Shown one piece after another: positions 62,185 to 64,000 of a DNA stretch of 64,000 nt (the stretch's first letter is position 1; every line of letters begins with the position of its first letter). The stretch is from the NCBI GenBank assembly GCA_964644565.1, contig CAZXWO010000003.1, forward strand, positions 4,613 through 68,612, read 5' to 3'. The translations under genes were made by a program, and so were the position numbers. This DNA comes from an uncultured Thermoplasmata archaeon. Its GTDB lineage: Archaea > Thermoplasmatota > Thermoplasmata > UBA10834. The notes under the pieces are model-generated. The model was not told the origin of the DNA and did no database searches. It worked only from the letters and a program-made list of their open reading frames with translations.

Positions 62185-62403
62185 GTCAACTGCAAGAAGG
62201 CTCGAACCGACTCTGAACGACGGTATTGGTTTCTTCTTCGACGAGCACACCAACATCGGCAGTCGGTTCAAGCGCGCTCTGCCGGTCCTCTTGAGGCTTG
62301 AGTGCCCAGCGTGAATCGGGGGAGGGGTGAGGACGCCTTCATTCTTCACTGGTGAAATGCGGTCGCTGGAGGTTCTGTGGTACAGAGTCCGCGCATATCT
62401 TCT

Positions 62404-62440
62404 TGAATCCCGCCCCCCCCCGATTGCTACGGGGGATTCA
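62404..62440. repeat. hairpin TGAATCCC-n21-GGGATTCA enclosing a C9 homopolymer (62413-62421)
   Basis: Read directly from the sequence. It lies in the 290-nt spacer between two membrane-protein genes. Confidence 0.6.
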
Positions 62441-62475
62441 GTTAATATGGCCGAAACAGATGCAGGCTAGCTTTC

Positions 62476-63171
62476 ATGGCATCTAAGATTCAGGAGCCAA
62501 TTCAGAAACTTGAGCGGAAGTTCGGCAGACTTCGGCTCACACTTGCAATCCTCTTGATCGGGTTCGTAATCGCCGGGACAGTCGAGTCGTACAACGCCAT
62601 CAACCACACCTATCCATTGCCTTTTGCGTCCTCCGTATTCATCATCGGCCCTTTCGTTACACTGACCGGGCTTGCCATACTCTGGATCGGCCGCTCTGAG
62701 TGGGATGAACACACCAGTCGACGATTCCGACTCGCTGAAAGGGTGTTTGGCCTCAGCCTCATCGCCATTGCACTGGCCGGCCTTACGGTGCTCTACTACG
62801 GTTTACATCCCGCCACAACGATTCCTTCGTTCGTGGAATGGGAATTCGGGGCTGCGATTGTGGCCATACTGGTCCTAAACTTTGTGATCTATGTTCTAGT
62901 TGCCTTTGATCTGACGGAGGTGTTCGGCAAAGTCCTTCTCCTCATCGCTCTCGCTTGGGCCTGTGTCGTTTCCATCTTCCTCGGACAAGCTCTTGCTGAG
63001 CAGCTCGAGACGATTGTCCTAGCCATCCGGGAGCACACTTTCAATTTCAGACCAGTCAGCTCCTCGGTTTCCGGCATAGAGTCCTATTTCGTGGTGGCTT
63101 ACATTCTGCTGACGATTGTATACCTGGACGCGTACCGTAGGTCAGGTGCGAGAGCTACAAAGGCATCCTAG
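62476..63171 (+). CDS. hypothetical integral membrane protein (about 6 TM)
   Basis: Hydrophobic helices occur regularly throughout the 231 aa, and there is no competing ORF. Confidence 0.55.
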   Translation: MASKIQEPIQKLERKFGRLRLTLAILLIGFVIAGTVESYNAINHTYPLPFASSVFIIGPFVTLTGLAILWIGRSEWDEHTSRRFRLAERVFGLSLIAIALAGLTVLYYGLHPATTIPSFVEWEFGAAIVAILVLNFVIYVLVAFDLTEVFGKVLLLIALAWACVVSIFLGQALAEQLETIVLAIREHTFNFRPVSSSVSGIESYFVVAYILLTIVYLDAYRRSGARATKAS

Positions 63172-63216
63172 AACACATTTCAGTGAATGTTCCCGACAGG
63201 TGTGAATAGGGTGCGG

Positions 63217-63286
63217 GGGCCCGGATATTGACCCGGAATCTACCGGCGATTGAAGCTGCCAGCTACACCTACCGGTACGTAACTGG
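63217..63286. repeat. direct repeat R1, copy A (23-nt identical core GGGCCCGGATATTGACCCGGAAT plus about 47 nt of imperfect similarity)
   Basis: The core at 63217-63239 is identical to 63713-63735. The extension is roughly three-quarters identical by eye. Confidence 0.75.
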
Positions 63287-63334
63287 CGGTCCTCCTCACC
63301 TCTTTTCCTGCTGGTAGACAATTGGCTCGTCCTC

Positions 63335-63357
63335 CTCCCCTATGGTCTTTTCCGAGG
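63335..63357. repeat. direct repeat R2, copy A (CTCCCCTATGGTCTTTTCCGAGG)
   Basis: Matches 63692-63714 (CTCCCCCATGGTCTTTTCCGCGG) with 2 mismatches. Confidence 0.7.
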
Positions 63358-63429
63358 CTCAGGACTAGATTGGAGCACGTCGCTCTGTTTATATCCGCCC
63401 GCCCCCCTTCTGTTGATTGATGTGAGCGC

Positions 63430-63687
63430 ATGATTGAGAAGAGGCGGAAGAAGCCAAATACTGAATCCGAGGAGCTCGTCAATGATGAGGATACGAAGCC
63501 CGAGGACATCTACGATGATGATTCCAGGCAGGAGATGCTCGAGGATGACAAGATCACTGCTTCAGAGGAGGGGTTCATGCGCGGCTGGGACGGCACCGTG
63601 GAAGGTGGAAAGAAGCATAAGAAGGATAGCGACCACAAGGACATGGCATCTGTCGAGCTGGTCAAGGAACAGTACAAAGAGGATTAG
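63430..63687 (+). CDS. small highly acidic/lysine-rich hypothetical protein
   Basis: An 85-aa ORF bracketed by the R1/R2 repeats. An antisense ORF (63562..63861) competes with it, so coding status is uncertain. Confidence 0.35.
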   Translation: MIEKRRKKPNTESEELVNDEDTKPEDIYDDDSRQEMLEDDKITASEEGFMRGWDGTVEGGKKHKKDSDHKDMASVELVKEQYKED

Positions 63688-63691
63688 GGGT

Positions 63692-63714
63692 CTCCCCCAT
63701 GGTCTTTTCCGCGG
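63692..63714. repeat. direct repeat R2, copy B
   Basis: See copy A. This copy directly abuts and overlaps R1 copy B. Confidence 0.7.
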
Positions 63715-63782
63715 GCCCGGATATTGACCCGGAATATACCCCCAATTAAAGCTCCAGCCAATAATTACCGGTAAAGAATGGT
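63713..63782. repeat. direct repeat R1, copy B
   Basis: See copy A. Confidence 0.75.
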
Positions 63783-64000
63783 TACCCGAGAACGGCCAGA
63801 AAACCGGCCGGATTCTGTCCTGAATGACATCAGAAAAGATTATGAATGCCCTCCGCTTCACGGAAGACCGCAGGTGATGAAGCTCACCTTCAACTGCCCG
63901 GTGCGGGGCTGATAGCTTCTACCAACGCGTCGCACCATGTCATGATGTGGATATGACGAATTGAAGGTGAGAGGATGATAGACGCTCCAATCCTGCTTGT

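Noticed and set aside
63240-63861. Minus-strand ORFs 63240..63509 and 63562..63861 across the R1/R2 repeats
   Set aside because: They could be real, since the repeats encode a related peptide on this strand. However, they run antisense through the acidic ORF, have odd composition, and copy A contains a stop. I left them unannotated and flagged the question in the repeat finding.
1-64000. Search for CRISPR arrays, tRNA/rRNA genes and recoding (in-frame TAG/TGA for Pyl/Sec)
   Set aside because: I saw no regularly spaced repeat array. No cloverleaf-like sequence was spotted in the spacers I read (2035-2121, 4859-5048, 12659-12760, 13289-13454, 15364-15718, 55835-56135 and the island spacers). 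No recognisable gene appears split by an in-frame stop, and TAG is used as an ordinary stop (for example in leuD and 3398..4858). A proper tRNAscan/Infernal run is still needed.

Overview
This 64-kb window is a high-GC archaeal chromosome segment. Archaeal markers include L10e, the RNase P Rpp21-type subunit, Dph2, a ThrRS with the archaeal N-terminal editing domain, TrmB regulators, geranylgeranyl reductase and a tetraether-synthase-like radical SAM enzyme. An MtxX/Pta-like gene and Tes-Fd-GGR synteny suggest a euryarchaeon from a methanogen or Thermoplasmata-related lineage, but that assignment is inference only. Positions 1 to about 55.8 kb are tightly packed core genome. In order they carry: leuC'/leuD/leuB-type genes; two saccharopine-dehydrogenase-like genes; thrS; a queE-queC-queD-(MtxX-like)-dph2 operon; rpl10e; rnp4; serS; two paralogous CPA2 antiporters bracketing an orphan 1,477-aa surface giant; a TrmB / Tes-ferredoxin-GGR lipid locus followed by a glycosylation and envelope cluster (GT39, GT2-GtrA fusion, DedA, GT4, flippase); a DASS transporter; GNATs; ogt; a TrmB / MMPL / terpenoid-toroid-like / Cys-rich operon; and a complete pstSCAB-phoU locus with an AbrB-PhoU regulator. 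From about 55.9 kb to the right edge the composition drops sharply. Spot counts of single 60-nt lines give 27/60 and 19/60 G+C there, versus 36/60 and 40/60 in the core. Spacers in this region become long, and an IS110 transposase remnant sits at its left edge. It encodes mostly unnameable genes: a CxxC-x17-CxxC protein, a tandem Lrp, two paralogous ~65-aa Trp-centred proteins, a GTGA-coupled three-gene operon ending in an atypical protein kinase, a bPH-domain membrane protein, further membrane proteins, and imperfect direct repeats. I saw no rRNA, tRNA or CRISPR array. The best novelty candidates are the orphan prepilin-like/lamin-tail-domain giant, the TrmB-MMPL-toroid-DUF2284-like operon, and the low-GC island with its kinase operon. 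All homology calls come from reading motifs by eye, with no searches run.
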